Shown: positions 36,774 to 52,347, numbered from the whole stretch's first letter. The stretch is 63,918 bases of DNA, filler included, from Octopus bimaculoides (GCF_001194135.2; 5 parts of 5 records of this genome joined end to end with filler, not necessarily neighbours in it); one strand, 5' to 3'. Notes: a model not told the origin generated them from the letters alone. Program-made: numbers and translations.

Positions 36774-38950
36774 AACTACATTGCTTCTATGAGCTTTTCA
36801 TCACCTGTGTGAGCCTTCTCCTACACAATCTCTCACCATTTGTAATTCCTTAGAATCTTTCTTTTGAACATCCTGATATCAGTTTTCATCATTTCTTTCC
36901 CTATATTCTTTGCTCTTCCTCTTTTACAGATTCCTTCTGCATTTATCATTTGCATTCTGCATTTATCATTTTCCCCTGATATTGTCCTTTACACACATCA
37001 TTTGTCCTATGAACATAGTCTCCGTTCATGACCTCTACAGCTGTTTCCACTTATATCCAGATTTATCTTCCCTTGCTATTTCTCCCTTCTTTATTTATCC
37101 TACCATTACTCCCTTATTTGAAGTATCCTAGCTTCATTTCTTTCCAGCTTTACAGCCACAGCCACTGCTTGTGTTTCAGTACCTCATACTGTTACTCTTC
37201 ATGATTTAAGTGTCATACAGTCTTCCTCCACTCAGAGAGGGAATCCTGTTAGTTCTTGCTTCCACTAGACCCACCATCACTATAGAAACTGTTAACTACT
37301 TCTCGGGAAACTTCCTGGTTATCAAAGGTATATTTTTTTGTGCATGCTCTTTTTTTGTTAACTACAATTATGTATCTACTACTTACAAAGTCCCATGATC
37401 TCACTCATTTCTTATGGGAAAGAGCTCATAAGATCTCACTCTTATGCACTCATACTTCACATTGGATATACCATATTCCATTCTGACCCATTCTTTTGCT
37501 TCATAGCAAACATGGCTACAAAGTCTTGTCATCTTCTCTGCTCTCTAAAACCTGTCATTGTGATGTATACACTAAAGTCACTCATTTCGAAGTTTTGTTG
37601 CTGACACATCTAGAATTTCTTCCTTAGATACAGCTTATATTCCTTTATTATTTTGCTGATTTCAGTAATTTGACTGTGGCCATGCTGGGACTTTAGTCAA
37701 TAAAATTAACCTTATTACATCTTTTTGGTATTTATTTTTCCCAATTAGTGACTCATTTCCAACAGATCATTATTTTGTGTTGTTTTTGTATTTTGTGATG
37801 CTGTCGTTGGTGTTGGAAGGTTAGCTTCCTATATTTACAATTGCCTAAATAAAAGGCTGACCAAAGAGCTGACAGTTCTTGAATAGTTAGCTATACACAT
37901 GCATCAGGTGAATGCCAAGGGGAGAATATTTAGATGTTCGCTAATCATGTAATTGATGACTGCAGTGTGGATATAAAATGATAAAGGAAGTAAAATAGAC
38001 CAGGGAATTGCTCCCTCTCCAACTACATTTTTTCATGACTTCGATATAAAATTCTCTCCTGAACATGCTTATTATATCTATAAATGATAAGCCAGCTTAT
38101 GCTACCAACTTCTTCACAGTAGTTTAAGCCTCACTAAACTAATCGTAATTACTTCTGTTATTCAAAGCCTTTAATTAGATGACTATTCATGTCTTCTTTA
38201 AATGCATTAGTGTCTATTGAATAACATAGTTTAATGATGGCATCATTAACAATAAATACCCTAATATATTCATTGGTAAAAAATAGGTGAGGGAATTTGG
38301 GGTAAAAAATGTAAAGAATTGCAAAAAATTTCTTATTCCAGTATCACTCATCTTAATCTAAAGGTGCAGCAAAAAAAAAAAAAAAGGGAAAAGAAATTAA
38401 TCAGTCTGTCTCTTGTTACTTATATATCTCTCATGGATATGGTGTGATAAATTATATTGGCTGTTTTAATTTTCCTCATTAAATACATCCATTTATGTGT
38501 GGTTATCACATCATGATTGGTTAGATCTCTGGATTTCACTGATGCTGTATCATTAGAGTGATACTTGGGATGATGTGCTGTATGGTAGAACTTCCAAAGC
38601 CATCTCAACTTGGGGAAACAGACGTGATGACAATGATGAAATAGATGATAACAACTTCATTCATGTACCTCTTTAATGTGTACTCAGGACTAATGATATG
38701 TATAAAGCAGAAATGGAATGGTCAAGTAGATAGTGTACTGGAATATCAATCCATAGATAGCAAGTTCAAATTCACTGCAGGCATTACACCTGTGTTAATT
38801 TATGTAGTAAGGTTTACTTAGTTCTCAAGAATAGGCATAAGAATGCTCTCTGAGGAATTTGTCATGGGCAATTCATTTTAATTCTATGCCCCTGGATTTC
38901 CTATTCATTGAGATTAAGTACAGATCTAATGAGAATGTCACTTGACATAG

Positions 38951-39335
38951 TTGTTGTTGGCACTCCGTCGCTTACGATGTCGAGGGTTCCAGTTGATCCG
39001 ATCAATGGAACAGCCTGCTCGTGAAATTAACGTGCAAGTGGCTGAGCACTCCACAGACATGTGTACCCTAAACGTAGTTCTCAGGGATATTCAGCGTGAC
39101 ACAGTGTGACAAGGCTGACCCTTTGAATTACAGGCACAACAGAAACAGGAAGTAAGAGTGAGAGAAAGTTGTGGTGAAAGAGTACAGCAGGGTTCGTCAC
39201 CACCTCCTGCCGGAGCCTCGTGGAGCTTTTAGGTGTTTTCGCTCAATAAACACTCACAACGCCCGGTCTGGGAATTGAAACCGCGATCCTATGACCGTGA
39301 GTCCGCTGCCCTAACCACTGAGCCATTGCTCCTCC
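38951..39335 (-). mobile_element. tRNA-derived SINE, family 1
   Basis: Full copy with 12-bp TSD cacttgacatag at 38939-38950 and 39336-39347. Confidence 0.92.
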
Positions 39336-40916
39336 CACTTGACATAGAATGACATCCTAACCAACAGAATATTTGTTTTTCACCTACTCTGATATGTATT
39401 TGAGCATTATCCTCGATTCTGTGTATTGCAGTCCACATAACTGTTAGAATATAAACAAGATCACAAAATGTTATCAGATATACTTTGAACGCCATCAGAA
39501 AAAGATTTGTTTGCCAAATATTTTTCTTTTTTCCTTTTTATTTTTAATCTATTTTTTGCTAATAATTTTCTTTCTTGGAATGGAGAAAGCTATGTTCATA
39601 GTCTTCACAGCATTTCCAAGATTGGTGAGATCAGCACTGTTAATGTTGTTCTTGAGCAGTTTCTAGTCAACCACTGCAGGAAAAGCAAGTGCAACCAAGG
39701 AATTGTAGAATACTGTAAAGGTAGATAAATTCAAATAACAGTCCTCAAAAGTTCTTCAGGAGCTTTGAAAATATTTACTTTTTACAACATATTCCATCAT
39801 AGGAATCACAACTTTACAAAACACTTATATTACTTAGCTATTGCACCTACTGCTACGTTGAATCTATTTACTGTTGGGTGTAGTGGACTAATGAGAGTTA
39901 ACCCTTTCAGACCTGATCCCTGTATCTAAATTTACCCTTAACCCGGGCTCCTGAGCAAAAATCTATAAACAGCTCAAGAGTAACAATTACAGGCAAACTG
40001 ATGGACAAAATCACAAAAAAAATTCAGGAGAATAATAATAATAATAATAGGCCTATCTCTCAACTACCACATTTGTTCATTGCAGGTAAATTAATGGACA
40101 GAATCACAGACAAAAACAAAAGAATAGAATCAAGAGAAGAGCAATGATAGGCCTCCCTCTCTCTCAACTACTGTGTTTGTTTACTGAAATCACTACATTC
40201 CTCATCACTTTCACTACTTTGATTATCTGAATCACTCTCGTTGTCTGTCTGAGGATAAACTCTTCATCCTAAGAATAAACATCATCAGTAAATAAGTGCT
40301 GGGGTCATCACATTCTTGTTTCATTTGAAAAACCCGTTTTGGGTTTTTTTTTCAATTAAAAGCAAAACTAAACAATGACTTGGGGGACACCATTAACAAT
40401 GAGTAATAAACATATTTGGCTACAAAGCTGGAACAAGACTGGTTGTCTATTTTTAGTGTTTTATCCCCTTTTTCTACACATGTTGTTCATAACTACTTTA
40501 AAGGGAGTCCAGTAAAGATTACATTTAGGCTTTTCCTGCTCTACTGGGAACACAGCATAAAAGGTTCAAAGGTCTTGACCTTTGATTTTGCAGCTCTGAT
40601 GATTGTCAACGAACCTCTAACCTTTCTCTGGCTATGATAACTTAGCATCAATTTGACTTGCTTCAGATCCCTACTGAGATGGACATTAATCATTCATGTG
40701 ATATGCAAATATTCTACATCCATTGTCAATGACTCACAGGCTGCTGTTTGCCTCTAATCACAAATTGTATGAAGTAGTCTCTCATACACTTAGCCTATAC
40801 ATACATATGTACATACTACATGCAGATAGGTTTGGTGAGGCAGCAGGAAAATAGAATTCAAACATGAGCATATATGTATGCATGTATGTATGTATGCATG
40901 TATGTTTGTATGCATG

Positions 40917-40970
<54 letters not shown>

Positions 40971-41521
40971 GTATATATAATCATCATTTATCATCCAGTG
41001 GGACTGAACTCAGAACCATGTGGTTGTTAAGCAAGCTACTTACCACACAGCCACTCCTACGCCTATATATGGTGAATGATAGACAAAAAGAGTGAAAGGC
41101 AGAAGAAAGATAAGTGTATGAAAGCTCATTTCTTTATCTTTCTTTTACTTCATACACTTGGCTCCTATGACTTATACCATATGAGTTGGAGTTAAAAACT
41201 TGTGTTTGAAATATTTCATTCCCGTATACATTTAGCAAGGGTTTTGATCTGAAAGCTCTGAACTCTGTGTGTTGTAACCAATATTGTTGTGTTTTGGAAG
41301 AGTTATCGTTGCTAATAATTATTCCACAAACATTACTGCACACCTTCACACACACACACACACACAGACAGACACAGACACACACGTAAACATTCACAAA
41401 CCCATTCACACACATACATATGCACGTACGTACATACATACCCAGAAATGGACCGATTGTGTTTATTCATTTGTTAATGCTTTGCTTTTATTTGCTTATA
41501 TGAACATCAAAGTCTTTTGTC

Positions 41522-41623
41522 ACACTCCTGTGACCTGTTCACTAAATCTGCTGAAACGGATGAGTTTTCAGACAGTCGGTTCTTAAGTTTTACGTTAGAT
41601 GAATGAACAGTTCACAGGAGTGT
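41522..41623. mobile_element. Small fold-back element, about 100 bp, MITE-like
   Basis: Imperfect arms of about 28 bp, acactcctgtgacctgttcact / atgaacagttcacaggagtgt. Confidence 0.55.
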
Positions 41624-41991
41624 AATGAATGGCTCTGAGACTGCCAAGCAAATAATGAAAGAATTCAGATACCAATAAGCACAATTGATCTCCGTCTCTC
41701 TGTCTCTCTCCCTCTATCTCTATCTCTCAGATGATGTGTGTATGTGTGTATGTGTGTGTGTGTTTAATTAATGTGATTCAGGTATTTTATTTTTGCCTTA
41801 TTTTCTCATTAACCAACAATGAATGAATTACTCGACATAAGAAGGTAATCATCTTTCAGAATCAAGCAATATTTAGGAATTTAAAAGTATTTAAATTGGA
41901 AAATTTTTTTCATGTGTCTGATATTAGGTAGCGAATCAGCTATTGATGGCTGTTTTGGTGGTTCTAATTTTCTGATTTGTTTTACTACATT

Positions 41992-42068
<77 letters not shown>

Positions 42069-42069
<1 letters not shown>

Positions 42070-42231
42070 ACGGGCTTCTTTCAGTTTCCGTCTACCAAAT
42101 CCACTCACAAGGCTTTGGTCGGCCTGAGGCTATAGTAGAAGACACTCGCCCAAGGTGCCACGCAGTGGGAATGAACCCAGAACCATATGGTTGGTAAGCA
42201 AGCTACTTACCACACAGCCACTCTTGCGCCT
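42069..42231 (-). mobile_element. SINE family 2, 5' half
   Basis: Reverse-complement match to 20034-20200, ending in a (TA)n tract. Confidence 0.85.
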
Positions 42232-43419
42232 GTCTGGGGAATTCTAAAAGGTTGAATCAGTTTCTGTTATTCCTGTACTTAGCAGCTACATGAAACATGA
42301 CAGTATTGGTTTATAAGTTCTTCTCAGAAACTAGAACATACCAGTGTCGTATTCTTCCATCTGTTTAAATGCAAAGGTTGCATACTGGAGCATCAACAAA
42401 ACTCTTGTTTCTCCTTAGTTTTATGTAAAGATGGCTCCCACTGTCGGCTTTAAGCTCCTTTTATGCAGCTGTATGTATAGGCAGGCAACTAACACTGAAA
42501 TTGTTTTCCCTGCCTCCATGTTTTTATTGGCACAGCAATCAATGATGAATAAGTCTAATACATTAACTACTCATTTAACTTGCTTTCGTTACACATATTT
42601 AAATAATTAATAATAATAAAGTTAGAAAATTAAATTATCTCTTATGTGGAATTATAATTGATTGGAGATTAGGAAATAGCATTCTCATGCAATTCACAAG
42701 TTCACATGTACACACGGCTGTGGATAACTACAAAAGGATTCTATCTGCACACGTTTGTATGTGTGCATATAAGTATGAATGTGTGTTTGTGTATGTAATT
42801 GTGTATGTGCATGTGTATACTAGAAAGAGAGAATAGAGAGTATCTTGCTTTTGTTTTGACCTATACAAACCTACGCAAACTAGAGCAAAGGCGTATGTAA
42901 GACATAAAATATAATTATTCATTGGCTTGATGCTAAAACCACTACTGTTATTTCAAGTTTCCTTGTTGCCATCATAAAAACTGTGTCCTTCATTTCCAAT
43001 CTTCCATGAAACTATGTCTTGCTTTGGGGAATTATTAACTTATTTGGAGACAGATGAGACTTGGCAATAGGAAAGGCAAATGGCCAAAGAAAATATGCCT
43101 CAAGGAATTCTGTCTTATTCATGTAAATATGGAAAAGTGGACATTAAAATAATGATGATGATGATGAGGATGATATATGATTTTTTCTTTGTTCATTTCT
43201 ACATTCATTTTTAAAAAATGTTAGTATGAGTTAGATGAATGTTTTATTGCGGCATTATCTTACAACCAAATCCCCTTCATCTCAATAACCCACATCCACT
43301 CTTTCAAGTAAGAAATTTCTTATTCATACATCTTTGAAGACATGATGCCAGTAAATGGTCTGTTGAGAAGTGAAACGATAACTTCATTGCCTCAAACTCA
43401 GCTATTTTTGAAAAAGTAC

Positions 43420-43454
<35 letters not shown>

Positions 43455-44592
43455 GTTGAAATTTACAGAAGAACAAAAGATGAAGACAGGTGTATGAACA
43501 AGAAGCAGGTGTATTAATTTGATGCTTGGGAAAGTGAGAAAGTCTTTTACGTTTCAAGCCAACGCTCTTCAACAGAAAGGAAATAAACNNNNNNNNNNNN
43601 NNNNNNNNNNNNNNNNNNNNNNNNNNNNNNNNNNNNNNNNNNNNNNNNNNNNNNNNNNNNNNNNNNNNNNNNNNNNNNNNNNNNNNNNNNNNNNNNNNNN
43701 NNNNNNNNNNNNNNNNNNNNNNNNNNNNNNNNNNNNNNNNNNNNNNNNNNNNNNNNNNNNNNNNNNNNNNNNNNNNNNNNNNNNNNNNNNNNNNNNNNNN
43801 NNNNNNNNNNNNNNNNNNNNNNNNNNNNNNNNNNNNNNNNNNNNNNNNNNNNNNNNNNNNNNNNNNNNNNNNNNNNNNNNNNNNNNNNNNNNNNNNNNNN
43901 NNNNNNNNNNNNNNNNNNNNNNNNNNNNNNNNNNNNNNNNNNNNNNNNNNNNNNNNNNNNNNNNNNNNNNNNNNNNNNNNNNNNNNNNNNNNNNNNNNNN
44001 NNNNNNNNNNNNNNNNNNNNNNNNNNNNNNNNNNNNNNNNNNNNNNNNNNNNNNNNNNNNNNNNNNNNNNNNNNNNNNNNNNNNNNNNNNNNNNNNNNNN
44101 NNNNNNNNNNNNNNNNNNNNNNNNNNNNNNNNNNNNNNNNNNNNNNNNNNNNNNNNNNNNNNNNNNNNNNNNNNNNNNNNNNNNNNNNNNNNNNNNNNNN
44201 NNNNNNNNNNNNNNNATATATATGAAATAGGAGACATGGTAGCCCACCTAAGAAAGCAGTAACTCTAAATAAAAACTGATCATGATTAAAAGAGACTGTT
44301 TAATTCTGAAAGACAACTTCACTAGCATCAGGAGATGGTGTTCATGCTATAAAGTTACTGATGACAGAAAGAGCATTTGGCTGTAAAAATCATATGTGGG
44401 GGAGGGGGGGAATGAAACAAGGATACAGAAATGCAAAGATATATGCTCTGAGTGTGAGGGAGTGTTACACGCTAAATTATGAAGAGAAGTGGTGAAATAT
44501 TGCCATCTAACTCATGACAGCATGACTAATGAGGATGATGATGATGATGATGATATTATGCACATTCAGATACGTTTATACATACATTACAA

Positions 44593-44623
<31 letters not shown>

Positions 44624-44929
44624 CACACACAAGCACACACATATATATATATATATATATATGTATATACATATAAACGTATGTATGTTCACTGACACGC
44701 ACACTGCATACTCGCATAAATACATATGTAATCCACGTTAACATTTGCTATATTCACATGTGTGTAATATGAGTATATACTGATAAACATACCCACCTAA
44801 AGAAATATATATTTGCATATGTACATATTTATTTGCTTACTTAATACATATGTAATCTGTATAAACATTGGATGCATTTATGTGTATAACATACATATTC
44901 ATATATACATATTCATACACATATATATA

Positions 44930-45055
<126 letters not shown>

Positions 45056-46789
45056 TTTATAGATAAACAGATAGATAGATATGTATTTGCATATCTGTAT
45101 ACATATGGGTGTGTATATATATATATATATATTTAAGGCTTTGCTTTGGTACAGCTAAGCTAATATACATGTATATGGATGGATTGTGGGATACGTGTAT
45201 ATTAGAGTATACAGAAACATATACTTCTATGGCTATATACATATGTGCATGCCAAATTCCAGCTAACATCAGATAAAAAGGCATTTAAGGATAGAAACAT
45301 TTGATTTATATAAGGATGCCTTTCCTTCCTCAAACCACTCCAAGATAATAAAAATGGAACAGTGGCAGGTGTTTATCATATCGCCAAGAATAATACACAC
45401 ATGCATGCAAAGGCATGCTCGTGCAAGCACACATGTATGCGCATATGCATATCTGTATATGCATATCTGTGTGTGTGTGTGTCCCCAGAGATACTGATTG
45501 ATTCAAGATAACCTCATCAAATAATTTCTGTGTAATACAATCAAGGAAACAGGTATCTATTGAAAGCTATATTCACCATAGTCTACTGGTTTCTCTTTTG
45601 TTCATATGTTTGTGTGTGTGTGTGTGCGCGCGTGCGCGTGTGTGTGTGTGTGTTGCACTCAAGAAGACCCATCACTACAGCAGAATTGTTAATGCTCCCC
45701 GACTATCAACTGAAGGGAAGTTTGCTCTGTAAGTGCCCTCCTGCCAGTCCAAATAAATAAAAAGCACCCAGCCTACTCTGTTAAAGTGGTTGTCATTAGG
45801 GATATCATCCCGCCATACAAACTAAGCCAAAACAGACCATGCTAGCATGGAAAGCAGACGATGATGATGAAAGAGGTTGGTATACACAGAGATGATGGGC
45901 TGGCTGTATCACAGAAAACCAGCGTTCACTCACGAGATAGATGTATAAAAGAATAGATCAATACTTTCAGTAATTTTGGCATTTTATAACAGCATCCATA
46001 TACATATCATCATCATCGTTTTATTGTCCACTTTTCCATGCTAGCATGGGTGGGTGGAGTTTACAGAGGTAGGTTGTTTTCTGTGGCTGGATACCCTTCC
46101 AGCTACCAACCCTGACCTGTTTCCAAGCAAGATAATATTGGAAATGCATATCACTCATTTACAACAATCATGCAATGTTAAGACAAGGAGACAAAAAATA
46201 TACATGCACTGATACACACATACATATACATGCCTAACACACACAAATATGTGTGTGTATGTCCATGACAGGTTTCTTTCAGTTTCCTATTGCTAAATCT
46301 CAGAAGGCTTTGGGTGCCTCAGGGTTATTGTAGAAGTCACTTACACTGTGTGGAATGCAGAGGGATTGATCTTGAAGCCATTTGGTTGGGAAGCAGACTT
46401 CACCACACAACCTTGCCATTGGTTAATAATATAAAATCATTTAAAACTGATATACAGAATTTCATCAGAAACTTGATAATAGAACAGTTTAAGTCTTCTT
46501 GTTTAATCTAATCAGAGACACACAGTAAACCAAATGGAAAGGTCATGTATATTAACGTAGATTCTAACTGCCTACACAATGTTCAAAAGCTTAGTCTGTG
46601 ATTGATCATTGAATAGCTGATTTCTACTACAATAACACAGTGACAGCTAGTAGACATAACAATGAGAATAAATATATAGCTTACTCCAATCACCTAAAAC
46701 AGTAACAAGATGTTGGAATATCATCTGGTTCAATCCCCCTTTTCTCATCAGATGTTAAATCTAATTGAACTGATAATTTCTTAGCCTTC

Positions 46790-47065
46790 ATCATCATCAT
46801 CATCATCGTTTAACGTCTGCTTTCCATGCTAGCATGGGTTGGACGATTTGACTGAGGACTGGTGAAACCGGATGGCAACACCAGGCTCCAGTCTAATTTG
46901 GCAGAGTTTCTACAGCTGGATGCCCTTCCTAACGCCAACCACTCAGAGAGTGTAGTGGGTGCTTTTACGTGTCACCCGCACGAAAACGGCCACACTCGAA
47001 ATGGTGTCTTTTATGTGCCACCTGCACAAGCCAGTCCAGGGGCACTGGCAACGATCTCGCTCGAA
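46790..47065 (-). mobile_element. Young 5'-truncated RTE LINE 3'UTR copy with (GAT)n tail
   Basis: The reverse complement differs from 18133-18354 at only a few positions. Confidence 0.85.
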
Positions 47066-47944
47066 AATCCTACGGAAGCTGTATTTTTAAATATTACTTC
47101 ACATTTCTGCACCATTGTATTTTAAATGAACAATTCTTTACCACTACATTTATTGTATATTATTACATATAAAATTCCTCATGCCATCAAACACAAAATA
47201 TATGTAAAAGAATACTGTGGCATTTTATGTGAAATACATTTGTTTCATTGTATTTAATAATCTCCTGCATCATTACGTATAAAATAATTCACTATTGTTA
47301 TATATCAAATATTTCTGTTGGCTGGATAGCAGTCATGTATCAGCGTTTATAATAACAATCCTTGTTATGTGTTGAAAACGATACTTCAGTATCTTCACAA
47401 TACATATATTCCCGCATCCTAATTTATGACAATATTTCCATGTTATTGTAAAAACGAAACAAAATATATCCATTATGTAACAAACATCTCTGCAACAAGA
47501 CATAGCAAAACAAATCATATATTATTAACCCATTATCAGGATTTGTTTTTATATTAACAGAAACAGCAATATTTGCATCATTATTTATAGACCTCTTCTA
47601 CCATGTAAACAGAACAAAAATTCTATACTGTTATCATACTGAGTCGTTTCTTTATCATCATATCAAGGTGAAGGTATTATAACATTACATACACAGCACT
47701 TCTCCATCAGTACATAACGAAACAATTCTATATCGTAACATAGTGAGCAATTTTGCATCATCGTATATCAAACAGTTTTTCATAGAAAATTCAGTTCTTT
47801 AAGGAATATACTATTTTTGTATTTTTTTTTATTTTATATATTTTTTTTGTTTTTTTTTTCCTTCTTTCTTTAATGTTTTTGTTGGCAAGATATATGCAGG
47901 AAGGAAGGGAGGAAATTGTATTTGCTGTTGTAAGTGTGTGTGTA

Positions 47945-47977
<33 letters not shown>

Positions 47978-48904
47978 NNNNNNNNNNNNNNNNNNNNNNN
48001 NNNNNNNNNNNNNNNNNNNNNNNNNNNNNNNNNNNNNNNNNNNNNNNNNNNNNNNNNNNNNNNNNNNNNNNNNNNNNNNNNNNNNNNNNNNNNNNNNNNN
48101 NNNNNNNNNNNNNNNNNNNNNNNNNNNNNNNNNNNNNNNNNNNNNNNNNNNNNNNNNNNNNNNNNNNNNNNNNNNNNNNNNNNNNNNNNNNNNNNNNNNN
48201 NNNNNNNNNNNNNNNNNNNNNNNNNNNNNNNNNNNNNNNNNNNNNNNNNNNNNNNNNNNNNNNNNNNNNNNNNNNNNNNNNNNNNNNNNNNNNNNNNNNN
48301 NNNNNNNNNNNNNNNNNNNNNNNNNNNNNNNNNNNNNNNNNNNNNNNNNNNNNNNNNNNNNNNNNNNNNNNNNNNNNNNNNNNNNNNNNNNNNNNNNNNN
48401 NNNNNNNNNNNNNNNNNNNNNNNNNNNNNNNNNNNNNNNNNNNNNNNNNNNNNNNNNNNNNNNNNNNNNNNNNNNNNNNNNNNNNNNNNNNNNNNNNNNN
48501 NNNNNNNNNNNNNNNNNNNNNNNNNNNNNNNNNNNNNNNNNNNNNNNNNNNNNNNNNNNNNNNNNNNNNNNNNNNNNNNNNNNNNNNNNNNNNNNNNNNN
48601 NNNNNNNNNNNNNNNNNNNNNNNNNNNNNNNNNNNNNNNNNNNNNNNNNNNNNNNNNNNNNNNNNNNNNNNNNNNNNNNNNNNNNNNNNNNNNNNNNNNN
48701 NNNNNNNNNNNNNNNNNNNNNNNNNNNNNNNNNNNNNNNNNNNNNNNNNNNNNNNNNNNNNNNNNNNNNNNNNNNNNNNNNNNNNNNNNNNNNNNNNNNN
48801 NNNNNNNNNNNNNNNNNNNNNNNNNNNNNNNNNNNNNNNNNNNNNNNNNNNNNNNNNNNNNNNNNNNNNNNNNNNNNNNNNNNNNNNNNNNNNNNNNNNN
48901 NATA

Positions 48905-48940
<36 letters not shown>

Positions 48941-49078
48941 CATCTCTTTCTATGTGCACACTTTTATGCAAATTTGTTATGCATGGACACTTGCATTCAA
49001 AAGCACAAACACTGCTACTTGTATTTTGTAAACTGTATTCCATTTTAAAAACGACTCCTCCCCTTCTCCCCTCCTATC

Positions 49079-49137
<59 letters not shown>

Positions 49138-52100
49138 CATTGTTCTTTTCTTACTGTCTTTTTTGCATCCAATTCAGCTAAGCAAGCTGACTACTGCTGG
49201 TCAGTCTTTAAGACCTGAAAAGAAAACACTTGGGTGCAGAGATGAATATTTAGAAAACCTGTCTCCTAATTACCACTTTTAATCTATCATTAATTAAAAA
49301 AAAATAAAATTAATTAATCAAAATAAAATCAACAGCTGCCAAGTGATAATCACCAAATATTATTATTATTGTTGGTGTTGCTGCTGTAGTGCTCTTTTAC
49401 TTGTTTTAGTCATTGGACAGCAGCCATGCTGGGGAACTGCCTTGAAGGGTTTAATTGAGTAAAGTGACCCCAGTTCTTATTTTTTAAAGCTGGGTACTTA
49501 TTCTATTGGTCCCTTTTGCTGAACTGCTAAGTTATGGGGACAGAAAGAAACCAATACTTGCATAACATATAGGCCCTGTTTTTTTTTATATTTGATGTGG
49601 CATTGGGTTTGTGGTTATCCTCCTCTTCCTCCTCCTACTCCTCCTCCTCCTCCTCCTCCTCATCATCATCATCATCATCATCAACATCATCATCATCATC
49701 ATCATCATCACCACTACCACTATCATCATCATCATCATCATCATCCTCATTATCATCATCATCACATTCATCATCATCATCATCGTTAAGTGGTTGCAAC
49801 TGAGATGCATTTTACCATGTTGCACCAGGAATCTCTGTCCCCCTCTTAGATCGGGTAGGTTTTCAATTTCATGTATTTTCTCTGCTGATAACATCAACAT
49901 AGTTAGTGGGTGGGTTCCCTGAAGTATAACTATTCTATAAGGTTTTGTATTCAGCACTCTACTACTGGCCAGCAAAAGCTATTCTACATTGAACAATAAC
50001 ATCTAAAATGAACTGAATGTGAGGAAACAGTATATCTATGGATCAAATGTTGAAGGATGTTCATAAAAGACTTGAACTCACAGACCAAGAATAATTTATC
50101 TATTGCTTTATCCAGTCTGTTATTTCATTTCTAATTCAACTGCCTCCATCATGTTAGTATTAATGGGGTAGGGTTGGGGAGGAAGCCGCTCTTGATGCTT
50201 ACATTGAAAAGTTTTAATCCCAATACAGACAATATGTTAGGTCCCTAAGCAAAACACTTTGGTCTGTTTGCTTCCATTAAACGTTGCCGGAAATTGATAA
50301 ATTGTTCAAATAAGGTGATAATTGTTTTTTGATTTTTTTTTTTTTGTTTGTGTTACTTTAGCTTAACCCTTTTATGCACACAATGCAACTGGTTTATATA
50401 CAGCATTCTGACTACAGCAAATTACTTGAACATAATCTGCCGTCTTACATAGAATATACGCCATCCATTTTATTTAACACATATGCAACTGAAGATACAA
50501 CAAGATTAGTTATAAGCGGCAGAAGTAGTGGTGATGGTGGTGGTGGTGGTAACTGTTATGCTGTGATGCCAATGGCTATGATCTTTAGAAAGATTATCTC
50601 ACTGACAGTACAATTTACAGTTAAAATAGCTGGGCGTATCTCTAGTTACGTTTATGATGTTGTCAGGAGTTGTGAATCTTTGAAAGGTTTAGCTTAACGA
50701 CAGAATTTACAGTCACACCGGTTACATGCAGTAACCACAATACAGTGTTGTCAGGAGCTATTTAGACTGTGAAGATGTTTAACTCACTAACAATAAGCTT
50801 TATAATTAGAACAGCTATATATAGAAGCCATTACACACAGCCATCAGAAGTTACAGACTGTGAAAGGATTAACACAATGGCAATTTACAGTTAGGACTGC
50901 AAGGATTCTATGGTTAGAATTATTGTCTGCATTAGCTATTTCTTACGAAGAGTACATTTCAATCAACTGTAGTTTTGAAAAGATTAATGGTATGAAAACT
51001 TGAAGCTAATCACCTGTCGTATGAGGTATCTAAGCAGAGGGAAGGATTTAACATGTAGACTAGGGATATCAAACTGTCAATGTTTTATCACAAAATGTCA
51101 GAGTAAAATTGTAATTCATCACAAGAAAATGACATTCAGCATTCAATTGCAACTTCACTTCAATTTCTTTAAATGCTTCTGAACATGATGATAAGTTCAG
51201 AAGTTTTGACCCAATAATTTATTACCTGTAATAAATGTCTGTTAGATGCTATACTAAACCATTCAGTGATAACAAATTTTTTATTTCTTAATTTTTTTTC
51301 TCTATTCAGTCGGTCTGTAAATGTGATAATTCATTAGTGGCAAGCCATCTGTTATTGACATCAATCACTCATTCTTGTAATTGCCCATCCTCTCTTACTG
51401 TCCGTCCATCATTCAACCTCCCTCATGCCAGCAAATATGTAGATGACATTACAGTCTCTCTTCCCTTACTCCCCCAAGCACTTTCATTCTTCCACCTTTC
51501 TACCCTCACATACTTACCATTTTGGTTCTCCCATCCTATCTTCCTTCCACCTTGGTCATTTTGTTCTGAACAAACACAGACACAGCAGAGTCAAGAGAGC
51601 ATTTCGTTTTTACCCAAGACCTGAGTACTGATCCAGTGTTTACCATAATAAGATACTGTCAGCATACCCTGTAAAGTCTTTGGTGTTAGGAAGAGCAACC
51701 AACCATAGAAACCATGTAAACATTGGAAGATGTGGGTGGGATATGGTCCCCTGGCCCATAACATTGAGTACGAATTGCCTGGGGTATGTGACAACCCATG
51801 CAGCACATGTAGGCATGCAAAGCAGACACAAGATTAGGATAGTGTTCAGGATGACTGTTCACTTGATATTAGTGTGAAACAGTTTTCCTTTGTCTCAGTC
51901 TCTGAGCTATACCATGGTAGTACATTATGATTTCCTTGAAATCATATATATATATGTATGTGTGTGTGTGTGTGTGTGTATACACACACACACACACACA
52001 CACACATGCATATACATAAACACACACACACACACACACACACATTGAGAGGTGTAAAAGTCTGCTGTTCCTCATTAATTTGTCATGTTAACTTTTTTCT

Positions 52101-52235
52101 AAAAACAAGGAATTCATTCTGAAATGGATTTTCTTCTTCCCACAGCAAGTTTACTGTACTCTTTTTACTGATTTTACTAAATAATGCAAGGCTTGCTGTT
52201 GCAGACCAACACTAGTGTCTTTGGAGTCTGGTCAC

Positions 52236-52347
<112 letters not shown>

